A stretch of DNA of 51,350 nt. It comes from Pseudomonadota bacterium (GTDB lineage: Bacteria > Pseudomonadota > Gammaproteobacteria > Burkholderiales > Burkholderiaceae_C). The stretch's first letter is position 1; every line of letters starts with the position of its first letter. A model generated the notes under the pieces. The model was not told where the DNA came from and ran no database searches. It worked only from the letters and a program-made list of their open reading frames with translations. This document shows positions 29,670-38,515 of this stretch, piece after piece. The stretch is taken from positions 1 to 51,350 of the forward strand of contig JBEEOS010000001.1 of assembly GCA_041191485.1 (NCBI GenBank), written 5' to 3'. Both the position numbers and the translations under genes were made by a program.

Positions 29670-31463
29670 ATGAGCTACACCGCACCCCTCAAGGACATGC
29701 TGTTCAACATCGAGCATCTGGCCCGCATCGACCAGATCGCGCAGATTCCCGGCTTCGAAGACGCCGGCCTCGAAACCGCGCAAGCGGTGCTTGAAGAGTG
29801 CGCCAAGCTCAACGCCGAAGTCATCGCCCCTCTCAACTGGGAAGGTGACAAGAACCCGTCCTGGCACCACGACGGCAACCAGGTCACGACCACGCCCGGT
29901 TTCAAGGAAGCCTACAAGCAGTTCACCGAAGGCGGCTGGCAAAGCCTGCAGCACCCGGTCGATTTCGGTGGCCAGGGTTTGCCCAAAACAATTGGCGCCG
30001 CTTGCGGCGAGATGCTGAATTCGGCCAACATGAGCTTCGCGCTGTGCCCGATGCTGACCGACGGCGCCATCGAAGCCCTGCTGACCGCAGGCTCCGATGA
30101 GATGAAGGCCAAGTACCTGGAGAAACTCATTTCCGGCGAATGGACTGGCACCATGAACCTGACCGAGCCGCAGGCCGGTTCAGACCTGGCCGCCGTGCGC
30201 ACCCGCGCCGAGCCCCAGCCTGATGGCACCTACAAGGTGTTCGGCACCAAGATCTTCATCACCTACGGTGAGCACGACATGGCCGACAACATCATCCATC
30301 TGGTGCTGGCCCGTGTGCAGGGCGCGCCCGAAGGCGTGAAAGGCATCAGCCTATTCGTCGTGCCCAAGTTCATGGTCAAGGACGATGGTTCGCTGGGCGA
30401 GCGCAACGATGTGCACTGCGTCTCCATCGAACACAAGATGGGCATCAAGGCCAGCCCCACAGCAGTGTTGCAGTACGGCGACCACGGTGGCGCCATCGGT
30501 TACCTGGTGGGCGAGGAAAACCGCGGCCTTGAGTACATGTTCATCATGATGAACGCCGCCCGCTACGCCGTGGGTGTGCAGGGCATTGCGACTGCCGAGC
30601 GCGCCTACCAGAAGGCCGTGCAGTACGCCCGTGACCGCGTACAAAGCCGCCCCGTGGACGGCAGCCTGAGCGCCGCTGGCCCCATCATTCACCACCCGGA
30701 CGTGCGCCGCATGCTCATGACCATGCGTGCCTACACCGAAGGCTGCCGCGCCATGGCCACCGTGGCCGCTGCCGCCTACGACGCCGCCCACCACCACCCC
30801 GACGCCGAGGTGCGCAAGGACAACCAGGCCTTCTACGAATTCCTGGTGCCGCTGGTCAAGGGCTACAGCACCGAGATGAGCATCGACGTGGCCAGCCTGG
30901 GCGTGCAGGTGCATGGCGGCATGGGCTTCATCGAGGAGACCGGTTGTGCCCAGTACTACCGCGACGCCAAGATCCTGACCATCTACGAAGGCACGACCGC
31001 CATCCAGGCCAACGACCTGGTGGGCCGCAAGACCGCACGCGACGGCGGTACTGGTGCCAAGAGCATCGCCGCACAAATCGCCAAGACCGAAGCTGACCTG
31101 GCCGCCAGCGGCAACGCCGACGCCCAGGCCATGGCCAAGCGTCTCAAGGCCGCGCGTGAAGCCTTTGTCGATGTCGTCGAGTTCATCGCCGCCAACACCA
31201 AGAGCAATCCGAACGCCGCTTTCTCGGGCAGCGTGCCCTACCTCATGCTGGCGGGTAACCTGGTCGCAGGCTGGCAGATGGGGCGTGCCCTGCTGGTGGC
31301 CCTGACGCCCGAGGCCCAGGCGCAAGACGCTGCCTTCATGGCTGGCAAGGTCACGACCGCGCGTTTCTATGCCGACCACATCCTCTCCAAAGTGCCGGGC
31401 ATGCGCGACAGCATTGTCGAAGGTGCCGATAGCGTGACAGCCTTGCCGCTGGAAGCCTTCTGA
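29670..31463 (+). CDS. acyl-CoA dehydrogenase (long, DmdC/FadE-like subfamily)
   Basis: GTMNLTEPQAGSDL, GTKIFIT, EHKMGI, QVHGGMGFIEE and IYEGTTAIQ motifs. Confidence 0.94.
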   Translation: MSYTAPLKDMLFNIEHLARIDQIAQIPGFEDAGLETAQAVLEECAKLNAEVIAPLNWEGDKNPSWHHDGNQVTTTPGFKEAYKQFTEGGWQSLQHPVDFGGQGLPKTIGAACGEMLNSANMSFALCPMLTDGAIEALLTAGSDEMKAKYLEKLISGEWTGTMNLTEPQAGSDLAAVRTRAEPQPDGTYKVFGTKIFITYGEHDMADNIIHLVLARVQGAPEGVKGISLFVVPKFMVKDDGSLGERNDVHCVSIEHKMGIKASPTAVLQYGDHGGAIGYLVGEENRGLEYMFIMMNAARYAVGVQGIATAERAYQKAVQYARDRVQSRPVDGSLSAAGPIIHHPDVRRMLMTMRAYTEGCRAMATVAAAAYDAAHHHPDAEVRKDNQAFYEFLVPLVKGYSTEMSIDVASLGVQVHGGMGFIEETGCAQYYRDAKILTIYEGTTAIQANDLVGRKTARDGGTGAKSIAAQIAKTEADLAASGNADAQAMAKRLKAAREAFVDVVEFIAANTKSNPNAAFSGSVPYLMLAGNLVAGWQMGRALLVALTPEAQAQDAAFMAGKVTTARFYADHILSKVPGMRDSIVEGADSVTALPLEAF

Positions 31464-31489
31464 TCGACGATCACCACGCAGGAGATCCC

Positions 31490-32446
31490 ATGTCCACATT
31501 GCCCCCCGTGCTGGCTGCACAAAAGTTTCCGGTGATCGGTTCACCGCTGTTCATCATCAGCAATCCCAGGATGGTCATTGAGCAATGCAAGGCTGGCGTG
31601 ATCGGCGCCATGCCGGCGCTCAACGCGCGCCCCGCTTCTCAGTTGGACGAGTGGTTGGCCGAAATCACCGAGGCCCTGGCTGCCCACAACCGGGCGAATC
31701 CGGACAATCCGGCGGCGCCCTTTGCCGTCAACCAGATCGTGCACAAGAGCAATGACAGGCTTGAACACGACATGGCCTTGTGCGTCAAATACAAGGTGCC
31801 CGTCATCATCACCAGCCTGGGCGCGCGTGAGGACATCAACCAGGCTGCACACAGCTACGGTGGCGTGGTCATGCACGACATCATCAACAACAAGTTTGCA
31901 CACAAGGCCATCGAAAAAGGTGCGGATGGTCTGATTGCTGTGGCTGCGGGCGCAGGCGGCCATGCGGGCACCAAAAGCCCGTTTGCCCTGGTTCAGGAAA
32001 TCCGGCAATGGTTTGATGGCCCACTGGCGCTGTCAGGCTCGATCGCAACCGGCGGCGCCGTTTTGGCCGCGCAGGCCATGGGTGCGGACTTTGCCTATAT
32101 GGGCTCAGCCTTTATTGCCACACACGAGGCGCGAGCGTCAGAGGCGTACAAGCAAGCCATTGTGGATTGCAACTCCGATGACATCATCTACAGCAACCTG
32201 TTCACCGGTGTGCACGGCAACTACCTGGCGCCTTCGATCCGGGCGGCCGGTCTGGACCCTGAGCATTTGCCCGAGTCCGATCCCAGCAAGATGAATTTTG
32301 GCGGCGATGCCAAAAAGGCCTGGAAAGACATCTGGGGTTGCGGGCAGGGCATTGGTGCCATTCATGCTGTGGTGTCTGTGGCCGAGCGTGTAGCGCAGCT
32401 CAAACGCGAATACCAAGACGCCCGAGTGCGCCTGGCGTTGTTATGA
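31490..32446 (+). CDS. nitronate monooxygenase family (FMN) protein
   Basis: PVIGSPLF, VNQIVH, AGAGGHAG and AMGADFAYMGSAF motifs. Confidence 0.9.
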   Translation: MSTLPPVLAAQKFPVIGSPLFIISNPRMVIEQCKAGVIGAMPALNARPASQLDEWLAEITEALAAHNRANPDNPAAPFAVNQIVHKSNDRLEHDMALCVKYKVPVIITSLGAREDINQAAHSYGGVVMHDIINNKFAHKAIEKGADGLIAVAAGAGGHAGTKSPFALVQEIRQWFDGPLALSGSIATGGAVLAAQAMGADFAYMGSAFIATHEARASEAYKQAIVDCNSDDIIYSNLFTGVHGNYLAPSIRAAGLDPEHLPESDPSKMNFGGDAKKAWKDIWGCGQGIGAIHAVVSVAERVAQLKREYQDARVRLALL

Positions 32447-33594
32447 GTCGAGCAGGAGTTTTTCAACCTGACCCGCAACAGCGCCCTTCGGGGCGTTTTT
32501 TCTGGGTCGATCTGCTCAAGGCAGTGGGTTGCGTGTTGATCGTGTTGCACCACATGGCTTTTTATGGGCCGATGTCCGATGTGGTAGCGCAGTCCTGGCC
32601 AGGGACGATCAACTGGCTGGCGCAATACGCACGATTGGCGGTGCAAGTGTTTCTGGTGTGCTCGGGTTTTTTGACAGCACAGGCCATCTTGACGCTGTCC
32701 GATATGCGGGCCACCACTCTGGCTCGACTGTGCGGCAGGCGTTACTTGCGGCTGGCGGTGCCCTTGCTGGCAGCCCTGAGTTTGACGGTCTTGCTCAGCG
32801 AGATGATTCGTCCCACTTTCCAGGATGACAGCTTGTCGGCCATGCCCAATGGCTGGCAGGTACTGGCGCATGTGTTGTTCTTGCAGCACCTGCTGGATAT
32901 GGAGGCCTTGTCAGCCGGTGTCTGGTATGTCGCAGTGGATTTTCAGTTGTACCTTTCTGCCTTGTTGGTGGCTTGGGTCGGGCAGTGGTTTGTGCGGCAA
33001 GGCTGGGGCAGTGCGATGCGCTGGCAGGCCAGGTTGGTGGTCGTGCTCACGGTGCTGTCCATTGTGTACTGGACCCATCATTACGCTTTGGAGGACGTGG
33101 CGCTGTTTTTCTGGGGTTCATACGGCATGGGCTGGCTGGCCTGGTATGCGCGCACGCGCTGGAGCGTCCTGCATCGCCTTGGCGCGTGGCTGGCGCTGGG
33201 TGTCTTATGTGTCATTTTTGATGCCAAAGGGCGTGCGCTGACCGCCTGGGCAGCGTCGGCGCTGCTGCTCCTGATGCCGATGCCGGGCGCAGGGTTGGCT
33301 CAGCCAGCCTCCCTTGGGCACAGGGTGGTGCGATGGCTGTCGCGCATTTCATACCCCGTCTTCGTGATCCATTTTGCTGTGAGCCTGCTGGTCAATGCCA
33401 AAGTCTCGACGCTGTGGCCGACCTCAACGCTCATGAATGCGCTGGGCATGCTGATGGCTCTGGTGTTCTCTCTGGGAGCTGGCGAAGTCCTGCATCGATT
33501 GACTGAACAGGGGCCCGCCACTTGGCGACGTTGGCTGGTCTGGGTCACGGCTTTCATGGCCAGCACCGGGCTGGCCATTCGGATCGCGGGCTGA
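32443..33594 (+). CDS. acyltransferase-3 family membrane protein
   Basis: DLLKAVGCVLIVLHH, VQVFLVCSGF, RRYLRL, WYVAVDFQLY and SRISYPVFVIH motifs; ATGA overlap with the upstream gene. Confidence 0.85.
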   Translation: MSRAGVFQPDPQQRPSGRFFWVDLLKAVGCVLIVLHHMAFYGPMSDVVAQSWPGTINWLAQYARLAVQVFLVCSGFLTAQAILTLSDMRATTLARLCGRRYLRLAVPLLAALSLTVLLSEMIRPTFQDDSLSAMPNGWQVLAHVLFLQHLLDMEALSAGVWYVAVDFQLYLSALLVAWVGQWFVRQGWGSAMRWQARLVVVLTVLSIVYWTHHYALEDVALFFWGSYGMGWLAWYARTRWSVLHRLGAWLALGVLCVIFDAKGRALTAWAASALLLLMPMPGAGLAQPASLGHRVVRWLSRISYPVFVIHFAVSLLVNAKVSTLWPTSTLMNALGMLMALVFSLGAGEVLHRLTEQGPATWRRWLVWVTAFMASTGLAIRIAG

Positions 33595-33595
33595 T

Positions 33596-36154
33596 TCAGC
33601 CTAGCTCGACGCGCTGTCGAATGTGAGCCAGCGCTTCTTCCACCTGGTCAATCAGGATCAGGCATAAATCACCTTTCGAGAGCCGAGACAGCGCCGTGTC
33701 GATGGCGTTGAATTCGCCTTGGATGGACTCAACATGGCGTGTGCGCGTTGCGCCCTTCAGGCCCTCCTGAAGCAAGGCCAACACCTCACCATCGGCACGG
33801 CCACGTTGACAGGCGTCCTGATAGAGCAGCACTTCATCAAAGGCTGCGCCCAGAATGCGGGTTTGGTCACGGATGTCTTCATCGCGCCGGTCGCCAGCAC
33901 CGCTGATGACCACCACTCGCTTGCCAGCTGGCATGTTGTCCACGGCTTGTACCAAGGCCTGCATGGCATCCGGGTTGTGTCCGTAGTCGGCAATCAGGGT
34001 AGCGCCTTTGTAGTCGAACAGATTAAAGCGCCCCGGAACCCCTTGGACATCGCTGATGAAGGTGGACAAACCTTGCGCAATCGCATCCCAGGGTGTGTTC
34101 ACGGCCCAGGCCGCGCCCACGGCCGCCAGCACATTCTCGGTCTGGAACCCGATTTGGCCATTGCGCGTCAGAGGGACTTGTGACAAGGGAATGCGCACGA
34201 CCTGCTTGCCCTTTTGCGCCACGATGGAGCCGTTTTCGACATAGACCACGCGTTTGCCCTGGGCGCGATGCGTGGCCAGAACCGGGTGATGTGCGTCCAG
34301 GGCAAAGAAGGTCACATCGCCTGGACAGTGTGGCGCCATGGCAGCCACAGCGGGGTCCGCAGCATTGAGCACGGCCATGCCATCGGGCTGGACATTGAGT
34401 ACGATGACGCGCTTGAGCACCGACAGGTCTTCCAGCGTGGTGATGTAGTTCAGACCCAGGTGGTCGCCTGCGCCCATGTTGGTGACCACGGCCACCTGAC
34501 AACGGTCAAACGCCAGGCCCTCGCGCAGCAAACCCCCGCGTGCGGTTTCGAACACGGCCGCATCGACCTCAGGGTGGGACAGCACATTGCGTGCGCTCTT
34601 GGGGCCACTGCAGTCGCCGGAGTCGGTCTGACGATCGTTGACGTAGACCCCATCGGTATTGGTCATGCCCACGCGCAGGCCGTTGGCCTTGAGCAAATGA
34701 GCCGTCAGGCGCACGGTGGTCGTCTTGCCGTTCGTGCCCGTCACAGCGATCACGGGCACGCGCCCATCATTGCCCGCAGGGAACATGTGGTCGATGACGG
34801 CTTGCCCCACATCGCGGCCTTTGCCGTAGGAAGGATTGAGGTGCATGCGCAGGCCGGGTGCGGCGTTGACTTCCACAATGCCGCCGCTTTGCTCTTCCAG
34901 TGGGCGTTGCATGGATTCGCACACAACATCCACCCCGCAGATGTCCAGGCCCACCATGCGCGCTGCTGCAACCGCACGTGCGGCCACTTCGGGATGAACT
35001 TCATCCGTCACATCTGTCGCAGTGCCACCCGTGGACAAGTTGGCATTGTTGCGAAGGATGACGCGTTGGCCCTTTTCGGGAATCGACTCGGGCACGAGAC
35101 CTTGTACTTTGAGGCGGGCAACCGCGATGTCGTCAAAACGGATCTTGGTCAGGGAGGTGGCGTGACCTTCGCCACGGCGCGGGTCTGCGTTGACTTGCTC
35201 GACCAGCTGGCGCACCGTGTGCACGCCATCGCCTACGACCAGGGGCGGCTCGCGGCGTGCAGCGGCCACCAATTTGTCGCCCACCACCAGCAAGCGGAAG
35301 TCCTGACCCGGGAGGAATTTTTCCACCAGGACCTGGCCATATCGATTGGCTGCGTTGTAGGCGATGCCGAAGTGTTCGCGTTCCACGATGTTGACCGTCA
35401 CGCCTTTGCCCTGATTGCCGTCCAGGGGCTTGACGACCACGGGCAGACCAATCTCCTGGGCAAATTGCCAGGCTTCTTCCAGACTGTCCACGGGGCGACC
35501 CAGAGGGACAGGAACTCCGGCCGCATGCAACACGGCTTTGGTCAGGTCTTTGTCTTGTGCAATGGACTCGGCAATCGCGCTGGTGGTGTCGGTTTCTGCA
35601 GCCTGAATGCGGCGCTGCTTGGAGCCCCAGCCCAGTTGAACCATGCTGCCACGGGTCATGCGTTTGAAGGGGATGCCTCGGGTGACAGCAGCGTCCACAA
35701 TGCAACCGGTGGACGGCCCCAGGCGTTCGTCTTCATCGAGCTCGCGCAGCTCGGCCAAAGCGGCTTCCACATCAAAAGCATCGCCGTTCTGGGCGGCCAG
35801 GCACAGCTCTTGCGCCAGAGCCAGGGCCCTGCGACCTACCGCTTCTTCCGAGTACTGAACGGTCACCTGATAGGTGCCAGACTCCTGGGTGGGCGTGGTG
35901 CGACTGAAGGTGACCGGGCAGCCTGCCTGCACCTGCAAGGCCAAGGTGATTTTTTCCAGCGCATGGGCCAGGCACAGAGGCTGCTCAGGCGAGCTGGCGC
36001 GAATCAGACCAATGGCCGGGAAGATGCGGCGCAATTGTTGTTCCAGACCCGCCACGAGCATGTCCGCTGCGTTGCAGCTGACGATGGCTTCAACAGCGGT
36101 GTGGCGACTCCACAGATTGGGTCCCCTAAGGGCGCGGATGCGAGAAACTTGCAT
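33596..36154 (-). CDS. cphA: cyanophycin synthetase (full length; ATP-grasp plus Mur-ligase domains)
   Basis: LGPSTGCIVDAA, QLGWG, KPLDGNQGKG, ANLSTGG, EVNAAPGLRMH, GTNGKTT, ETARGG, PGRFN, DYGHN and GDRRD motifs. Confidence 0.95.
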   Translation of the reverse strand: MQVSRIRALRGPNLWSRHTAVEAIVSCNAADMLVAGLEQQLRRIFPAIGLIRASSPEQPLCLAHALEKITLALQVQAGCPVTFSRTTPTQESGTYQVTVQYSEEAVGRRALALAQELCLAAQNGDAFDVEAALAELRELDEDERLGPSTGCIVDAAVTRGIPFKRMTRGSMVQLGWGSKQRRIQAAETDTTSAIAESIAQDKDLTKAVLHAAGVPVPLGRPVDSLEEAWQFAQEIGLPVVVKPLDGNQGKGVTVNIVEREHFGIAYNAANRYGQVLVEKFLPGQDFRLLVVGDKLVAAARREPPLVVGDGVHTVRQLVEQVNADPRRGEGHATSLTKIRFDDIAVARLKVQGLVPESIPEKGQRVILRNNANLSTGGTATDVTDEVHPEVAARAVAAARMVGLDICGVDVVCESMQRPLEEQSGGIVEVNAAPGLRMHLNPSYGKGRDVGQAVIDHMFPAGNDGRVPVIAVTGTNGKTTTVRLTAHLLKANGLRVGMTNTDGVYVNDRQTDSGDCSGPKSARNVLSHPEVDAAVFETARGGLLREGLAFDRCQVAVVTNMGAGDHLGLNYITTLEDLSVLKRVIVLNVQPDGMAVLNAADPAVAAMAPHCPGDVTFFALDAHHPVLATHRAQGKRVVYVENGSIVAQKGKQVVRIPLSQVPLTRNGQIGFQTENVLAAVGAAWAVNTPWDAIAQGLSTFISDVQGVPGRFNLFDYKGATLIADYGHNPDAMQALVQAVDNMPAGKRVVVISGAGDRRDEDIRDQTRILGAAFDEVLLYQDACQRGRADGEVLALLQEGLKGATRTRHVESIQGEFNAIDTALSRLSKGDLCLILIDQVEEALAHIRQRVELG

Positions 36155-36185
36155 AGCTCAGAGATCTCAGAGATGGGTCTGTAGG

Positions 36186-38366
36186 TCAGTGGGAGTGGGC
36201 GTTCTGGCCAAAGCTCTTGATGCCGGCGCGGATCAGGTCGGGCGATGTCTCCAGGGCCCAGGCCGCACAGGTCGCCACCAGGATGTCTTCCTGGCTGAGG
36301 CTGCCGTCCTTGAGCAGTCGGGCAACGGCCGGGCGTTGGGTGCTGAGCACTTCGATTTCGTGCTCGCCCTGGGCCAGGATGAGTACGCCATCCCGCCAGA
36401 AAGCAGTGCGCCCGCCCTCGCCGCGGTGCGCGAGCAAGCGTGGGTTTGAGCCCTCCTGGGCGTAAAGGGTCACGGCTCCATCGCTGTACTCGGCCAATTC
36501 GGCCACAGCGTCAATGTCTGCATTCAAAACGCTGACGCCACCGGGCAACACCACATCGATCTGGGTACGGATATAGCCAGGCATGCGGTCATCCTCGCCA
36601 GCGTACAGATCCTGAAGATTGTGTGTGGAGGGCATGCGGGTGACAATGCCTACCTGGCAACGGTCGTAGGGCAGGCCTTGCGTCATCAGGTGGCGCACAT
36701 CGGTTTCGAACACGGCTGCATCGACATTGCGATTGACCAGCAGACGTTGTGCATTTTCAAAGTCCATGCCGCCCGTGGACTGCAGGCAGCGCTGGTTCAG
36801 GTACAGGCCATTGCTGCAGGCCAGGCCCGTGGTCCAGCCCTTGAGGTGGAGCAGCCAGGCCACCAGCTGCGCTTTGCGGCTGGTGTCGTCATCGCCCATC
36901 AGGCCAACCACGGGGATGCGTGCGCTTTCTTTGCCCGGGAAGAGGTGCTGCACGATGGCCTGGCCGACATCACGCGCACTGCCTTGCGCGGGGTTGAGGT
37001 GCATCAACAAGCTGGGGCCAGCGTTGACTTCGACCACCACGCCACCGACCTTGTGAAGGGGCTGGGTGATGTCCGGCGTGACCACGTCCACACCCGCAAT
37101 GTCCAGGCCCACCACTTTGGCGGCCAGGCAGGCCATATAGGCCACCTCGGGGTGAACGATATCGGTGATGTCGGTGGTCATGTTGCCAGTGCGTTTGACC
37201 AGCACGCTGCGGCCCGCTTCGGGAACGGACTCGGGCGTCAGTCCCTGGCGTTTGAGTTCCAGGACTTCAGGGCTGTTGTCGCGAAGACGTACGGCTTCCA
37301 GGGGCAGGCTGCCATCGCTGCCCCGACGCGGATCTGCATTGATTTGCAGGTCCACCAGTTCCTGCACGGTGTGCTGGCCATCACCGGTGACGCTGGCCGT
37401 CTCGCCGCGGCTGGCCGCGACCAGGCGGTTGCCCACCACCAAAAGGCGATGCTCCAGACCGGTGATGAATCGCTCCACAATGACTTCATTGCCCTGCTGC
37501 AGCGCGATGTCGTAGGCTGCACGGATGTCTGCCTCTTGCGTCAATTCGAGCGACACGCCACGCGCGCGGTTGCCATCGCCTGGCTTGATGCAAACGGGCA
37601 GGCCGATGTCCTGTGCGGCATCCCAGGCTTCTTGTGCACTTTCCACGACCTGACCTTCTGGCACCGGCACGCCGCAAGCGGCCAGCAGCTGTTTGGTCAT
37701 GTCCTTGTCTTTGGAGATGCCCTCGGCAATGGCGCTGGTGCGGTCGGTCTCGGCCGTCCAGATGCGGTGCTGCGCACTGCCATAGCCCAGTTGCACCAGG
37801 TTGCCAGCGTTCAGACGGATATGGGGAATGCGACGCTGGTTCCATGCGGCATCCACAATGGCGCGGGTGCTGGGGCCGACCAGCAGGTCATCGACCAGGT
37901 CAGTCAGCTCCTGAACGCGAGGTGCCAGATCGAAAGCCTGATCTTCCACCGCTGCCATGATCAATTCACGGGCCATGCCCAAAGCTCTCTCAGCCACCAC
38001 CGGGTGGGCAGCACTGATGATGACTTTGTAGACGCCGCGCGGGCCGGCTTCGCGAGCGCGGCCATAACCGTCAGGCAAGCCGGCCAGCGTGAGCAGTTCC
38101 AGCGAGACGTGTTCCAGAATGTGGCCGATCCAGGTGCCATCTTCCAGGCGCTTGAGAAAGCCCCCACGTACGCCCGGGCTGCAGCGGTGTTCGATCAGAC
38201 CAGGCAGCCAGGCCGTGAGTCGCTCGTTGAAGCCGGGCAACAGGTTGGAGGGGAAATCTTCAAACTCACCAATGTCCACCAGCACTTCCATCACAGGACG
38301 GTAGGTCCAGATGCTGGGGCCGCGCAGGTGGGTCATGCGCAGGAAATCGATCTTTTTGTTACTCAT
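36186..38366 (-). CDS. cphA': cyanophycin synthetase paralogue (CphA'-type; intact N-domain motif, degenerate and truncated Mur domain)
   Basis: Start MSNKKID. LRGPSIW, C-x19-HILEH, VGPST, QLGYG and EVNAGP are present; the P-loop is replaced by GLMGDDDTS; about 726 aa, lacking the C-terminal lid domain. Confidence 0.88.
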   Translation of the reverse strand: MSNKKIDFLRMTHLRGPSIWTYRPVMEVLVDIGEFEDFPSNLLPGFNERLTAWLPGLIEHRCSPGVRGGFLKRLEDGTWIGHILEHVSLELLTLAGLPDGYGRAREAGPRGVYKVIISAAHPVVAERALGMARELIMAAVEDQAFDLAPRVQELTDLVDDLLVGPSTRAIVDAAWNQRRIPHIRLNAGNLVQLGYGSAQHRIWTAETDRTSAIAEGISKDKDMTKQLLAACGVPVPEGQVVESAQEAWDAAQDIGLPVCIKPGDGNRARGVSLELTQEADIRAAYDIALQQGNEVIVERFITGLEHRLLVVGNRLVAASRGETASVTGDGQHTVQELVDLQINADPRRGSDGSLPLEAVRLRDNSPEVLELKRQGLTPESVPEAGRSVLVKRTGNMTTDITDIVHPEVAYMACLAAKVVGLDIAGVDVVTPDITQPLHKVGGVVVEVNAGPSLLMHLNPAQGSARDVGQAIVQHLFPGKESARIPVVGLMGDDDTSRKAQLVAWLLHLKGWTTGLACSNGLYLNQRCLQSTGGMDFENAQRLLVNRNVDAAVFETDVRHLMTQGLPYDRCQVGIVTRMPSTHNLQDLYAGEDDRMPGYIRTQIDVVLPGGVSVLNADIDAVAELAEYSDGAVTLYAQEGSNPRLLAHRGEGGRTAFWRDGVLILAQGEHEIEVLSTQRPAVARLLKDGSLSQEDILVATCAAWALETSPDLIRAGIKSFGQNAHSH

Positions 38367-38515
38367 GGGTGTGTGCCGCGGCATACAATGGCCCGCCGCA
38401 CAGGTCGGCAGCGAGGGGTGCACAGGAGACTGTGTGGTGCAAGGCAGATGAAGCAAATGCCTGTCCACGAACGCTTTGTGCATCCGGCTGACCTGGCGTA
38501 TTGCTGTGATCTAAC

